Virus record (IMG/VR): IMGVR_UViG_3300013132_000025
Location: 65,641 to 129,640 of that record
Strand: one strand, 5' to 3'
Source of the DNA: a virus
DNA length: 64,000 bases
Position numbers and translations under genes: made by a program. Below the pieces are notes generated by a model. That model did not search any database and was not told the origin of the DNA. It saw only the letters and a list, made by a program, of their open reading frames with translations. Each line of letters starts with the position of its first letter. Position 1 is the stretch's first letter. Below are positions 9,662-18,382 of the stretch, piece by piece.

Positions 9662-9945
9662 GTTGGATGAATCCATGAGAGGCTCTGTACGGGCCTCGGA
9701 TGGGCCGACCCATGCTAGGACATAGGCAAGGGGGTCGAAGGCCCGTGTAGGCCCTCCTGTGGCTTCCTGTGCATGGTGTGGTGGATGCCGCTCCCTGTAT
9801 CCGAGGAGGAAGGTGCATCTCTATCGGTCATGGCCGTTGGATGAATCGCTGAGAGGCTTTCTACGGGCCGCGCCTCGGGGTGCCCATGCTAGGACATACC
9901 CCTGCCCCTCGGAGGCCGTCCTGTGCCCTCCTGTGGCCTCTCAGC
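9662..9945. repeat. Two degenerate ~110-bp direct repeats (GTTGGATGAATC..GAGAGGC..TACGGGCC..CCCATGCTAGGACATA)
   Basis: Cores at 9662-9724 and 9836-9898; further degenerate copies at ~12781-12835 and ~13287-13333. Confidence 0.75.
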
Positions 9946-10063
9946 CCCGGTCCCCTGTATCCCGGTCCCCGGTCCTGCTCCCTGTCCGGGTGGATGCTCC
10001 CCGGAACGACGAAGGGCCACCCGAAGGTGGCCCCTGTCTCCCTGCCCGTTTGTACCCGGTGTG

Positions 10064-10261
10064 CTAGGCGGCTCGCTGGCGGGCCAGCGCGTCCTCGGCC
10101 TCAGCGCGAGTCGCGTAAACCGCTGCCCACGGCTCGCCCTTCATCTGCACGCTGACGAAGTAGGCGCTCTCGCCCAACAGCGCGTCACCGAGGTCGGTGT
10201 AAACGCACTCCATGGCGTGAGCCGGTGCGTGCTTGGCGATGAACTCGTCGGTGATACTCAT
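10064..10261 (-). CDS. Small early hypothetical protein
   Basis: MSITDEFIAK..., AAGGAG RBS, own promoter, downstream hairpin at ~10013-10035. Confidence 0.7.
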   Translation of the reverse strand: MSITDEFIAKHAPAHAMECVYTDLGDALLGESAYFVSVQMKGEPWAAVYATRAEAEDALARQRAA

Positions 10262-10301
10262 GGTGATTCTGCTCCTTGGTCGGTTTCGTCTTGCCCCCCT
10301 G

Positions 10302-10330
10302 TTTATACACCCTGCCCCGGATGGTGTCAA
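10302..10330 (-). promoter_or_regulatory. Sigma70-type promoter
   Basis: TTGACA-17-TATAAA. Confidence 0.65.
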
Positions 10331-10391
10331 GCGCCAACGAAAGAGGGGGCCTCGCGGCCCCCTCCCTGTCCAGCCCGACCACGACAGCGGG

Positions 10392-11423
10392 CTAGAACAC
10401 CGTCACCTCCTCCACCTCCTCCTCGGAGAGCAGGCCAGCCTCCACGATGAAGGGCGAGACCCCGGTAGCGTCCTTCCCGTAGATGGAGGTGCTGCTGACG
10501 AACAGGGCGTCCTCGGCGCGGGTCATGGCGACGTAGGCCATCCGGCGCTCCTCCTCCACCTCCTGCGGGGTCTTGGAGAGCCGGTGGGGCATGATGCCAT
10601 CGCTCATGCCAGCGACGAACACCACGGGCCATTCCAGGCCCTTGGAGCGGTGGATGCTCAGGACGGTCACGGCGTCCTTCTCGTTCTCGTCCCGGAGGTC
10701 AGAGGCCTTGGCCGTGATGTTCTCCTGCTCCATCACCCACGCGATGAAGGCCGCGAGGTCCGTGCCGAAGTCGGCCCCGGAAAGGGCTACGTCCTCCACG
10801 ATGGCGATGTTGCCGTCGCCGTTGGTCTCGGGCGTATCGTTGTCCTCCTCGGCTTGGTCACGCAGCCACGCGGCCACCCCGGAGTCCTCGGTGATGCCGC
10901 GCACAATGTCCACCACCGGGGTCGTGCCGACCTGCTCGCGCCACCTGCGAATGAGGGCGATGAACTCGTCCATGTTGGCCTTCTGCTTGCGGCTGATACG
11001 GGCCGAAGGCAGGCCGTGGAACGGGTCGCTCGGGGAGGCAGCGGCAGCCTGCCCAGCGACAGCCTTGCCGAGAAAGCGCGAGGGGGTGGCGAGGGCCGTG
11101 GTGAGGTCGTCGGCGGTGGCCGAACCCACCAGCACCTTCAGGTATGAGGTGATGGCCTGAGTCTGGTACCGCGCCCAAAACGACGGGGCACCGATGATGC
11201 GGAAGGTGAAGCCAGCGCGGATAAACGCGCCCTCCAGCGGGCGGGTCTGACGGTTGGTACGGACCAGCACGGCGATGCTGGCACCGGGCACCCCGGCGTC
11301 CCGGAGAGCCTTCACCTGCGATGCGATGGCGTCGGCCTCCTCGCCCTCGTCGCCGTAGTGCGCGTAGTTTACGGGCGAGAGCGCGGTCTCCGGGCTGATG
11401 GCGATGGTCTCGGTGTTCTCCAT
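10392..11423 (-). CDS. UvrD/PcrA-family helicase, C-terminal half (separate gene)
   Basis: IAVLVRTN, IIGAPSFW, VTVLSIHRSKGLEWPVVFV (motif V), EERRMAYVAMTRA (motif VI); own RBS AAGGAGCATCACC-ATG. Confidence 0.9.
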   Translation of the reverse strand: MENTETIAISPETALSPVNYAHYGDEGEEADAIASQVKALRDAGVPGASIAVLVRTNRQTRPLEGAFIRAGFTFRIIGAPSFWARYQTQAITSYLKVLVGSATADDLTTALATPSRFLGKAVAGQAAAASPSDPFHGLPSARISRKQKANMDEFIALIRRWREQVGTTPVVDIVRGITEDSGVAAWLRDQAEEDNDTPETNGDGNIAIVEDVALSGADFGTDLAAFIAWVMEQENITAKASDLRDENEKDAVTVLSIHRSKGLEWPVVFVAGMSDGIMPHRLSKTPQEVEEERRMAYVAMTRAEDALFVSSTSIYGKDATGVSPFIVEAGLLSEEEVEEVTVF

Positions 11424-11501
11424 GGTGATGCTCCTTCTCGTTGTGTGGGGAGATGGTATCAGAGATAGGGCCGGGGGCACAAGCCCCCGGCCCCTCCCCG
11501 T

Positions 11502-12563
11502 TTATCCGGCGATGAGGTGGGCCACCGGGAAGGCCTCGTCCTCGTCCTTGTTGGCCGTGACAGCCTTGCCCAGCCGCTCCTCGTTGTGAGCGATGAGGCG
11601 GGCCGCAGCGTCCACGATGGGGCGGCGAGAGCGGTAGTTGGTGCCGAGGTTCACCACCGTCACCTTCTCGCCCGTGGCCTGAGCGATGAACTCGGCAGGC
11701 ATCGCACCCCGGAATGAGTAGATGCTCTGGTCGTCGTCCCCGACGTAGGTGATGTTGGCGGTCTGCTCGGAGAGCAGGTTCATCAGGCCGAACTGGACCG
11801 GGTTGCAGTCCTGCGCCTCGTCCACCAGCACCCACTCCACGTTCCCGATAACGGCCTCGCGCACCTCGGGCTTACGGGCAGCGGCCAGCCCCTTGATTCC
11901 CATGCATGAGAAGGTGACGCTAATCTTGCCCGCCCTGCGGCGCTCCCAGCCCTTGCGGCCCCGGTACCAGCCCTCGGCCAGCAGGGTCTCCATCACCTCG
12001 TACACGCGGCCCACGATGGCACCGTCCGTGTCGAACTCGTCCAGCGTGGCGTAGAACTGCGACGGGGTGAGGTTGCAGTCCATGGCGCGAGACACGGCCT
12101 TGGCAATCTTGCCAGCCTTGCGCGGCATCTCCTTGTCCCCGAACTCGCCAGCGAGGTCGCGCCCGAAAGGGCAGTAGGTGGAGGCAGGCTCGATGATGCC
12201 CTTCACCATGCCCGTCACCTGTCCCGGCGTGAGCATGGAGCCACCCTTGGGGCGGGCGTCAATCCGGCGACCCTTCTCGGCCCGGTAGAACTTGTAGCCC
12301 AGCGAGTGCAGGGTGCCGATGTGGGCCAGCCCGTTTACAGCGTCCTCGCCCACCAGCCCGATGAGCCGCTGCTTCATCTCGGCAGCGGCAGCGGTGGTGA
12401 AGGTAGCCACGACGATGCTCTGCGGGGCGACACCATCGGTGATGAGGCGGGCGACTCGGTGAACCAGCACGCGGGTCTTGCCCGACCCCGCACCCGCGTT
12501 GATTACAAGCGGCCCCTCGCCGTGTGCGATGGCCTGCTGCTGCTCGGGACTCATGGTAGCCAT
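11502..12563 (-). CDS. UvrD/PcrA-family helicase, N-terminal half
   Basis: EQQQAI (Q), AGAGSGKT (I), TFTTAAA (Ia), DEAQD (II), VGDDDQSIYSFRGA (III), NYRS (IV); RBS GAGGAGGAG. Confidence 0.92.
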   Translation of the reverse strand: MATMSPEQQQAIAHGEGPLVINAGAGSGKTRVLVHRVARLITDGVAPQSIVVATFTTAAAAEMKQRLIGLVGEDAVNGLAHIGTLHSLGYKFYRAEKGRRIDARPKGGSMLTPGQVTGMVKGIIEPASTYCPFGRDLAGEFGDKEMPRKAGKIAKAVSRAMDCNLTPSQFYATLDEFDTDGAIVGRVYEVMETLLAEGWYRGRKGWERRRAGKISVTFSCMGIKGLAAARKPEVREAVIGNVEWVLVDEAQDCNPVQFGLMNLLSEQTANITYVGDDDQSIYSFRGAMPAEFIAQATGEKVTVVNLGTNYRSRRPIVDAAARLIAHNEERLGKAVTANKDEDEAFPVAHLIAG

Positions 12564-12609
12564 GTGATGCTCCTCCTCGTTCGGCGGGGTCCGTTCCCCG
12601 TGTGCAGGC

Positions 12610-12639
12610 ATCGTAGCACGACTGCCCCCGGATGCACAA
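12610..12639 (-). promoter_or_regulatory. Extended -10 sigma70-type promoter for the helicase
   Basis: TTGTGC-18-TACGAT with TGn; upstream GTACAAACGAGGCC. Confidence 0.6.
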
Positions 12640-12899
12640 GGCCTCGTTTGTACGGGGACCGCGCACCCGCACCTGCGGGCGGCTATCACACCTTGTCCCC
12701 GGATGCAAGTGCCCTCCTCGGGCGATTGTCACAAAGTCCTGTTCACAGTTGTAAAGTGCCTGCTCCGAGCAGGGCTTTCTCTGAGAGGGCTTGTCCGGGC
12801 CTCGGAGGGTGTCCCGAGGGCTACCACACCTAGGATTCAGAAAAGCCCATAGCCAAGCCATTCTTATGCTGTAAGAGACCCCCCTAGAATCTCCTTAGA

Positions 12900-13200
12900 G
12901 CGATTGTGCTGAGACTTTGTGCGAGATTGGCACAAGCGGTGACGGGGTGCTTGTGCGGATTCGGCACAATCTCAGTTGCTTGCAGTCGCAAGTGCTTGAT
13001 TGCACTCGCAACGACTTTGTAGCACTTTGTTACGAGAATCCCTGAAAAGTCTGAGGCTTTGTCGGGAATAAAACCCGGAGACCTCATTGGGATTCTTGTG
13101 CTGATTTCGCACAATCTCGTTGCAGTTGCAAGCACCTTGTCCAGATTTGCACAAGCCTCGCTCATGTAGGTATCCGCACAATGTTATTGCACCAGCAAGC
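12900..13200. repeat. Non-coding cluster of GCACAA/TTGTGC iteron-like motifs
   Basis: At least nine GCACAA/TTGTGC copies in both orientations, including GCACAATCTC twice (~12964, ~13109). Confidence 0.7.
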
Positions 13201-13470
13201 ATCGGCCCACCTCGTTTATACCGGGTGGTGGCCCTTACACGATTGAGAACCAGAAGTCAAGGGCTACGGTCCTCAGATTCGACGCTCTGAGAGGCGATAT
13301 ACGGGCCTCGGAGATGCCACCCCATGCTAGACCCTTCCCGAAGCATCCGAGGCCGTTCTAGGCCCCTTAGAATCGCTCCCAGCCCCTATCCCGGTCCACG
13401 GCCCCACCCCACCATGCAGAAAGGGGGCCTCTCGGCCCCCTCCCCGTTTACACCACCTGTCGCCCTCGGC

Positions 13471-13653
13471 CTAGTAGTCGTCCAGCACCTCCGAAAGAGC
13501 GGCGTGCAGGGCCTCCACCTCATCCCCGGTGAGGGCCACAGTCACCTGTGGGCCGTCCAGCGTGGGGTAGGCATGGAGCGTGATGCGAGCGTCCCCGTCA
13601 CCGAGGTTCTCGGTGAACACCACGGGGCCGTGGTTGGATTCGATGCGAGCCAT
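13471..13653 (-). CDS. Small acidic hypothetical protein
   Basis: 60 aa, high-GC codon usage, followed by a hairpin at ~13420-13443. Confidence 0.65.
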   Translation of the reverse strand: MARIESNHGPVVFTENLGDGDARITLHAYPTLDGPQVTVALTGDEVEALHAALSEVLDDY

Positions 13654-13656
13654 CGT

Positions 13657-14028
13657 TTACACCGCCTTCCGCTCGTCAGCCTCGCGGGCAGCGGCGAGAA
13701 GCGCCTCGGCAATCTCGCGTGCCTGCGCGGCGGTGAACTTGGCGTGAACATAGCCCTTCTCCATGGTGATGTTCCGCCCGTCCGGGTCATGCTCGGAGCC
13801 AGAGCGCCCCAGACCGAGGTCGGCCTTGGTGCCCAGCACCATGACCACGACCTCCCCGTACCTGTCTCCAAAGAGGGTGTCGGTCTGCCGGTGAGTCGTG
13901 AATGAGTCGTTCCGCTCACGGATGAGAGTGTCGTCACCAATGCCGTAGGTGTATGGCCCGGTCCCGACACCCTCCACGTTGTACGTCGCGTACTCGTCGG
14001 TGTCGTAAGTGTCAATACGGATGCTCAA
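13657..14028 (-). CDS. Hypothetical protein (TTG start, LSIRIDTY...)
   Basis: AAGGAG RBS; extended -10 TGCTACACT upstream. Confidence 0.65.
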   Translation of the reverse strand: MSIRIDTYDTDEYATYNVEGVGTGPYTYGIGDDTLIRERNDSFTTHRQTDTLFGDRYGEVVVMVLGTKADLGLGRSGSEHDPDGRNITMEKGYVHAKFTAAQAREIAEALLAAAREADERKAV

Positions 14029-14153
14029 AGGATTCTCCTTGTTTGAGGTTGAGCCGAGTGTAGCACGCCTGTCAAACGGATGCCCTGCCTCGTTTATACG
14101 GACAGGGGAGGTGAGGGGGAGGGGATGGACGGTCCCCTCCCCCTCGGGGAGAC

Positions 14154-14918
14154 CTACGCGCCGTGCGGGGCGGTGGTCTTGGGCCTGCGGGTCTTGCGGG
14201 CGACGACCTGCATACGCTGGTGGCAGCAGGGGCAGTACGGCGTGCCAACGGCTTCCAGCCACTTGGCCGTCATGTTCACGTTGTAAACGTCCTTGCCCTC
14301 ACCGCTGGGGTCGCAGCCACGGGTGCCGTCCTCCTGCTCGGTCTGACAGGCGACCTTGACCAGCCGGGTGGTCTGAGGCTTGTGGTTCACGTTCATGCCC
14401 TTGTGCGGGTACTCGCCCAGCGACTCGCGCAGGCGGGCAGTCAGTTCCACGAAGCGGTCCCCGGCGTAGGTGGCGGTGGGCTTACCGGCGAGGCCGATGG
14501 CGCGAATCATCTCCACGAACGGACCCTTGTGGCCGTTCTTGTTGCCGTCAATCGCGTGGACAATCTCGTGCGCGAGAACGTCCAGCACACCCGGCTCACG
14601 CTCGTCGAATCCGAGGTTGTTCTTGCGGCCCGTCTTGGGGCCGATGGTGTGGGCCAGCGCGGGCGACACGGTGATGTGGCGCACGTTGCCCTCCGGGGAG
14701 TTGGTCTCCGGGTAAGCCATGCCGACGACCGAACCCTTGCCGGTACGCTCGCCCAGCCACGCCCGCTTGTGCGAGAAGGACAGGTGAGCGGCGACGGTGT
14801 AGCCCTCGGGCATGGTGTAGCCAGCCTCGGCGAGAATGTCCAGCAGGCCGGTCGTCGCGGCGAGAATGTAGGACTCAGGCGTGTCGTGAACCTGAGCGTG
14901 AAGCGGTGAGTAACCCAT
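14154..14918 (-). CDS. SprT-like zinc metalloprotease with C-terminal Zn ribbon
   Basis: VLAHEIVHA..GHKGPF motif; C-terminal CQTE..C..CPCC. Confidence 0.8.
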   Translation of the reverse strand: MGYSPLHAQVHDTPESYILAATTGLLDILAEAGYTMPEGYTVAAHLSFSHKRAWLGERTGKGSVVGMAYPETNSPEGNVRHITVSPALAHTIGPKTGRKNNLGFDEREPGVLDVLAHEIVHAIDGNKNGHKGPFVEMIRAIGLAGKPTATYAGDRFVELTARLRESLGEYPHKGMNVNHKPQTTRLVKVACQTEQEDGTRGCDPSGEGKDVYNVNMTAKWLEAVGTPYCPCCHQRMQVVARKTRRPKTTAPHGA

Positions 14919-14951
14919 GATGCTGTCTCCTTGGTCGGTTGCTGCTAGGGC

Positions 14952-14980
14952 AGCGTATCAGTTGAGAGCGGGGAGTGCAA
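14952..14980 (-). promoter_or_regulatory. Sigma70-type promoter
   Basis: TTGCAC-17-TACGCT; a second promoter TTGTAT-17-CATAAT at 15019-15047. Confidence 0.6.
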
Positions 14981-15079
14981 GTGCCCGGTGTGGGCGGCTC
15001 GTTTATCCCTGCCCCGGCATTATGACAGAAGCGCCGGGGAGATACAAGGCCCTCTCGTTTATCCCTTGTTTCCTAGAGA

Positions 15080-15322
15080 TTAGAGGGCCTCTCGCTGGCT
15101 CTCCATGTAGCGGCGAGCCGTGGCCTCGTCCCCATAGACATTCCCTGCGTAGGACTGCCCATCGAAGTTCACGAGGGCAACGCCATACTCGGGCGTGGAC
15201 CCATCCAGCAGGTAGAGAGCGGCGTAACAACCCGCAGGGGCGGTAGGAACGGCCTCTACGAACACCGGGTTCCGCGCCTTCCATCGGGCTGGCGGGGTGA
15301 TGGTGATGGTTGCGATGCTCAT
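15080..15322 (-). CDS. Hypothetical protein
   Basis: MSIATITITPP..., GAGGAG RBS. Confidence 0.65.
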   Translation of the reverse strand: MSIATITITPPARWKARNPVFVEAVPTAPAGCYAALYLLDGSTPEYGVALVNFDGQSYAGNVYGDEATARRYMESQREAL

Positions 15323-15390
15323 TGGTGTCTCCTCGTCGTTGCTCATGGTGGGGAGCATATCACGGATGGAGGGCGGGGCATAGGCCCCGT

Positions 15391-15576
15391 TTATCCCTCC
15401 ACCCATGACCACACCTCGGGGTCGCTAGGATGCTGCTCGGGGAGGGTGGCAAGCCTAGGCCATACCCGCATCCCCTCCTGCTCCATGATGGAGAAGGCAG
15501 CGTTTACACGCGGCGTGATGTTCGTGAACTCACCAGCCCGGAGCCACTCCATGTACCGCTGCTCATCGCTCAACAT
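15391..15576 (-). CDS. Hypothetical protein
   Basis: MLSDEQRYMEW..., overlaps upstream gene end. Confidence 0.5.
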   Translation of the reverse strand: MLSDEQRYMEWLRAGEFTNITPRVNAAFSIMEQEGMRVWPRLATLPEQHPSDPEVWSWVEG

Positions 15577-15748
15577 AACCCAACTTCCTTTGGATAAGCC
15601 ACGCATCCAGAGCGTCCTGAATAAACGTGGTAATGTTCTCCTGCACCGTATCGAAGTCCACGGTGCCCTCCTGCTCGTTCCACTCTCGGATGTTGAGAGA
15701 AACCTCAACATCAATCGGGAGCGTAATCTGTCCATCTATCACAGCCAC
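15563..15748 (-). CDS. Small acidic hypothetical protein
   Basis: AAGGAGGA RBS. Confidence 0.55.
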   Translation of the reverse strand: MAVIDGQITLPIDVEVSLNIREWNEQEGTVDFDTVQENITTFIQDALDAWLIQRKLGYVER

Positions 15749-15906
15749 TCCTCCTTGTGCTTACGCTTGCGCGTGTACGTTGCGGGCACGCTGTAAACGC
15801 GGTCCTTGCGCGTGCGCCTGACCTGAATGCGAGTGCGCTCACGGATGCGGCGTGCCCGCTTAGGCTCAATGAACCTATCCTCGCTCTGCTGCTCCTGCTC
15901 GTACAC
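15739..15906 (-). CDS. 55-aa Arg/Lys-rich peptide (not in ORF track)
   Basis: GTG start with AGGAG RBS; ...RKDRVYSVPATYTRKRKHKEEWL. Confidence 0.6.
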   Translation of the reverse strand: MYEQEQQSEDRFIEPKRARRIRERTRIQVRRTRKDRVYSVPATYTRKRKHKEEWL

Positions 15907-16020
15907 GATTGTCTCCTGTTGGATAACTAACTAACTCGGAACTTTAGCAGATGAATAACTATCTATCTGCTAACCATCTAAACGATGATAAAGTCCATCG
16001 AAGTAACCATCTTGCCCTCA

Positions 16021-16194
16021 TCAGTCGCTCCACTCATCCTCGTCACCGACACACTCAACGCACCAATAGACCTCATGGTACTCGTTTGTACCGGCATCTA
16101 GTATCAGACCGGGGAGGCGGTTAGCCCATAACCCGGAACCGGGAGCCGTGGACTTTCCGCACTCCACACAGTCATCAAACGTCTTGTTACTCAT
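16021..16194 (-). CDS. 57-aa zinc-finger protein (not in ORF track)
   Basis: CVECG..GSG.WANRLP..WCVEC; AAAGGAG RBS; promoter TTGTGT-18-TACGGT at 16226-16255. Confidence 0.65.
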   Translation of the reverse strand: MSNKTFDDCVECGKSTAPGSGLWANRLPGLILDAGTNEYHEVYWCVECVGDEDEWSD

Positions 16195-16267
16195 CTCATC
16201 TCCTTTGTTTGACTAGTGCCCCGGTACCGTATCAGGAAAGTACCGGGGCACACAAGTCCTCGTTTAT

Positions 16268-16477
16268 TTAGTCTGAGATAATCCACTCAAAGCCAGCGTA
16301 CTCAGCGGCCACCTCTGCTTCCAGCAGACCCGCGATGCCAGCCCGACCATGGCCCTCAGCCATCCAGCGAGTCGCCCACTCAACGGCGTCCTGTTCCAGC
16401 AGGAACGGACCAATGACGTTCATCTGGCCTCGGTACGACTCGGTAATGACACTCCACCACAGAACCTCGTCCATCAC
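16268..16477 (-). CDS. Hypothetical protein
   Basis: AAGGAGG RBS, MDEVLWW... Confidence 0.6.
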   Translation of the reverse strand: MMDEVLWWSVITESYRGQMNVIGPFLLEQDAVEWATRWMAEGHGRAGIAGLLEAEVAAEYAGFEWIISD

Positions 16478-16500
16478 AGCCTCCTTTGTAGGCAGTTGGT

Positions 16501-16857
16501 TTAGACGCCCCACTCGGTCAGACGACCGTTGGGCTTCTCCGGGGTGCGAACCTGCACCTCGGGGTAATACACCTCGTCCGTCTTGGTGTCCACGATAGCG
16601 ACGACCATCCACACACCCTGACCATCGGGGTCCACCACAGAGTCGTAGGCGGTCGTTTCGGCGTACCCAGCGGCCTCGTCCCACTCCTCGTAACCGTCGT
16701 ACAATACATCGAAGTCCCCACCCTTGACCACGGCGATGAAGCGATACAGGTCGCGGTCGCCATTGTAGAAGCCAGCGTCAGCGGGACCACGCCGGGGGTC
16801 GCCAAAGGCGTTCGTGATGCGGTCCACAACCTGCTCGGTGTCAATCTCGGTACTCAT
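16501..16857 (-). CDS. Acidic hypothetical protein
   Basis: MSTEIDTEQ..., AAGGAG RBS. Confidence 0.65.
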   Translation of the reverse strand: MSTEIDTEQVVDRITNAFGDPRRGPADAGFYNGDRDLYRFIAVVKGGDFDVLYDGYEEWDEAAGYAETTAYDSVVDPDGQGVWMVVAIVDTKTDEVYYPEVQVRTPEKPNGRLTEWGV

Positions 16858-16888
16858 CAGAATCTCCTTGTTTGATTGGTGCCTAGGC

Positions 16889-16928
16889 AGCATAAAGGGA
16901 TGCTGCGCGAGATACAAGGCCTCGTTTA
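16889..16928 (-). promoter_or_regulatory. Sigma70-type promoter with upstream TAAAC
   Basis: TAAACGAGGCC-TTGTAT-17-TATGCT-GCCTAGGC leader. Confidence 0.65.
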
Positions 16929-17180
16929 GATGGCCTCAGCAAGTCTAGCGAATAGAAGGTGGTTTCCGTAAACACCACTCTCACCATCAAACTGCTGGTG
17001 GTCCTCCATGCCCACAAAGAGGCTCTCTCCATCAGGCTCTACAAACACCGTGTATGAAGCGTCAGTCTCGTACTCGTCCCCATTCTCGTCAAAGTAAACG
17101 ACGGGGAAAGAGATATGGACGTACACTCCCTTATCGTTCTTGACGGTGTAAACGTCGGGGTCAGCAATCTCAGAACTCAT
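16926..17180 (-). CDS. Acidic hypothetical protein
   Basis: MSSEIADPD..., GGGAG RBS. Confidence 0.6.
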   Translation of the reverse strand: MSSEIADPDVYTVKNDKGVYVHISFPVVYFDENGDEYETDASYTVFVEPDGESLFVGMEDHQQFDGESGVYGNHLLFARLAEAI

Positions 17181-17197
17181 GGTATCTCCCTTTCTCT

Positions 17198-17725
17198 TTA
17201 TGCGCGGGTGCGAAGGTATCGCACTCGGTCCCTTGCCCACTTCCGGCGAGCCTCGGTGAACGGATAGCCGTTCTCTATACAATCGTCCAGCATCGTCAGA
17301 ACCTTACTCTCGTCGGACCCCGTTTGTACCGCGAGGTCATGAATCATGGTGCGAGCGATAGAGAGGTCGTTCGCGTTCTGCTCCTTGGCAAGCCTGCGGC
17401 TCTCAACACGCTTCTGCTGCTGCGCCTGCTTGATTAGACGCTTGGCCTCATCCTTGACCTGACCAATAAGGTGCTTGTTTGCACCGAGGAAAGTCTGGAT
17501 GCAGTTTGAGCCTGCGATGAGGTCGCCCCCATTCTCGGAGTCGGACAGGTGGAACTCGTAACGAATCCCACCATGCCCGCACACCTCGCAGGTCGTGTAG
17601 TTGCCGGGGCCACGGTCCACAGCATGAACAAGGTGGAGCCGGTGAGCGTCCTGCTCGTTCTCGGGGACTCCGATGCCCTCAAAGAAGTCCTTGATGCCGC
17701 TTGCCTGTCGCTTGGTGAACTCCAT
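17198..17725 (-). CDS. Zinc-binding hypothetical protein
   Basis: CEVCGH..IRYEF..GSNCI; GAGGAG RBS. Confidence 0.7.
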   Translation of the reverse strand: MEFTKRQASGIKDFFEGIGVPENEQDAHRLHLVHAVDRGPGNYTTCEVCGHGGIRYEFHLSDSENGGDLIAGSNCIQTFLGANKHLIGQVKDEAKRLIKQAQQQKRVESRRLAKEQNANDLSIARTMIHDLAVQTGSDESKVLTMLDDCIENGYPFTEARRKWARDRVRYLRTRA

Positions 17726-17800
17726 GGTATCTCCTCTTTCGTAGATGCCCTAGCATCGTATCACAGAAAGAATGAATAACCAACTAACCGTTTGTACGGC

Positions 17801-18121
17801 CTACTCCTCTACCAGAACCTCAATGCTGATTTCGTGGAGCGTGCCGCTCTTGGTGTTGTAAACGGCATCAGGTCGCCACAGACCTTCCCACATGGACTCA
17901 GCGACAGTCCATTTCACCGAATCTAGCGAGCGATGCATCGTAAACCACACCTCACGTTCTCCCGGCTTAGTCTCCACCAGAAGCCATGGACGCTCCTGTT
18001 GAGTAGCAACATCATTACGAAGGTTATCCCAATCAACATCGTGGAAGTTGTATTCGGAGATAGCGTCCCGAATGACCTCGTTCGTAATCTGAATGTCCTC
18101 GGGGAGAGAACTAATGCTCAT
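17801..18121 (-). CDS. Hypothetical protein
   Basis: 106 aa, GAGGAGG RBS. Confidence 0.65.
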   Translation of the reverse strand: MSISSLPEDIQITNEVIRDAISEYNFHDVDWDNLRNDVATQQERPWLLVETKPGEREVWFTMHRSLDSVKWTVAESMWEGLWRPDAVYNTKSGTLHEISIEVLVEE

Positions 18122-18308
18122 CGGAATCCTCCTCGTTTACACGCAACGTGACATAGCCAGCCTCAATGAGAGCGGCAGCCATGCGACCATAAGAACCTTG
18201 GAGCGACCAAGCCATCCCGGTGTCCACAAGGTACTGAAAGAGGTCAATGATGCCATCCTCATCCAACTCACCCTGCTCATACTCCATAATCGAACTGACG
18301 TAATCCAT
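18111..18308 (-). CDS. Conserved small phage protein (W-x-LQG-x-YGR motif)
   Basis: IMEYEQGELD..LFQYLVDTGMAWSLQGSYGRMAAALIEAG; AGGAGG RBS. Confidence 0.7.
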   Translation of the reverse strand: MDYVSSIMEYEQGELDEDGIIDLFQYLVDTGMAWSLQGSYGRMAAALIEAGYVTLRVNEEDSDEH

Positions 18309-18382
18309 TTCTGCCTCCTTTATCACTTGCCCTGTAAGTGTACCGGGTCTATCCATCTAATACAACTATCTGTTTATTCGAC

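Noticed and set aside
11424-11507. T4 gene 60-type GGA-to-GGA translational hop in uvrD
   Set aside because: The take-off GGA-TAA plus hairpin is present, but there is no in-frame GGA landing codon nearby and the second half has its own strong RBS; kept only as a weak alternative.
9662-13333. Degenerate repeats as a CRISPR array or IS ends
   Set aside because: Irregular spacing, low identity, no transposase or integrase.
9759-15250. Long plus-strand and alternate-frame ORFs (e.g. 10233-11147, 10858-11835, 14163-14909)
   Set aside because: Antisense or frame shadows of high-GC genes; no RBS or motifs.
16010-16030. Other CTGATGA cores (also ~16853, ~22768) as hammerheads
   Set aside because: No stem II and GAAA follow; they lie in or at coding sequence.
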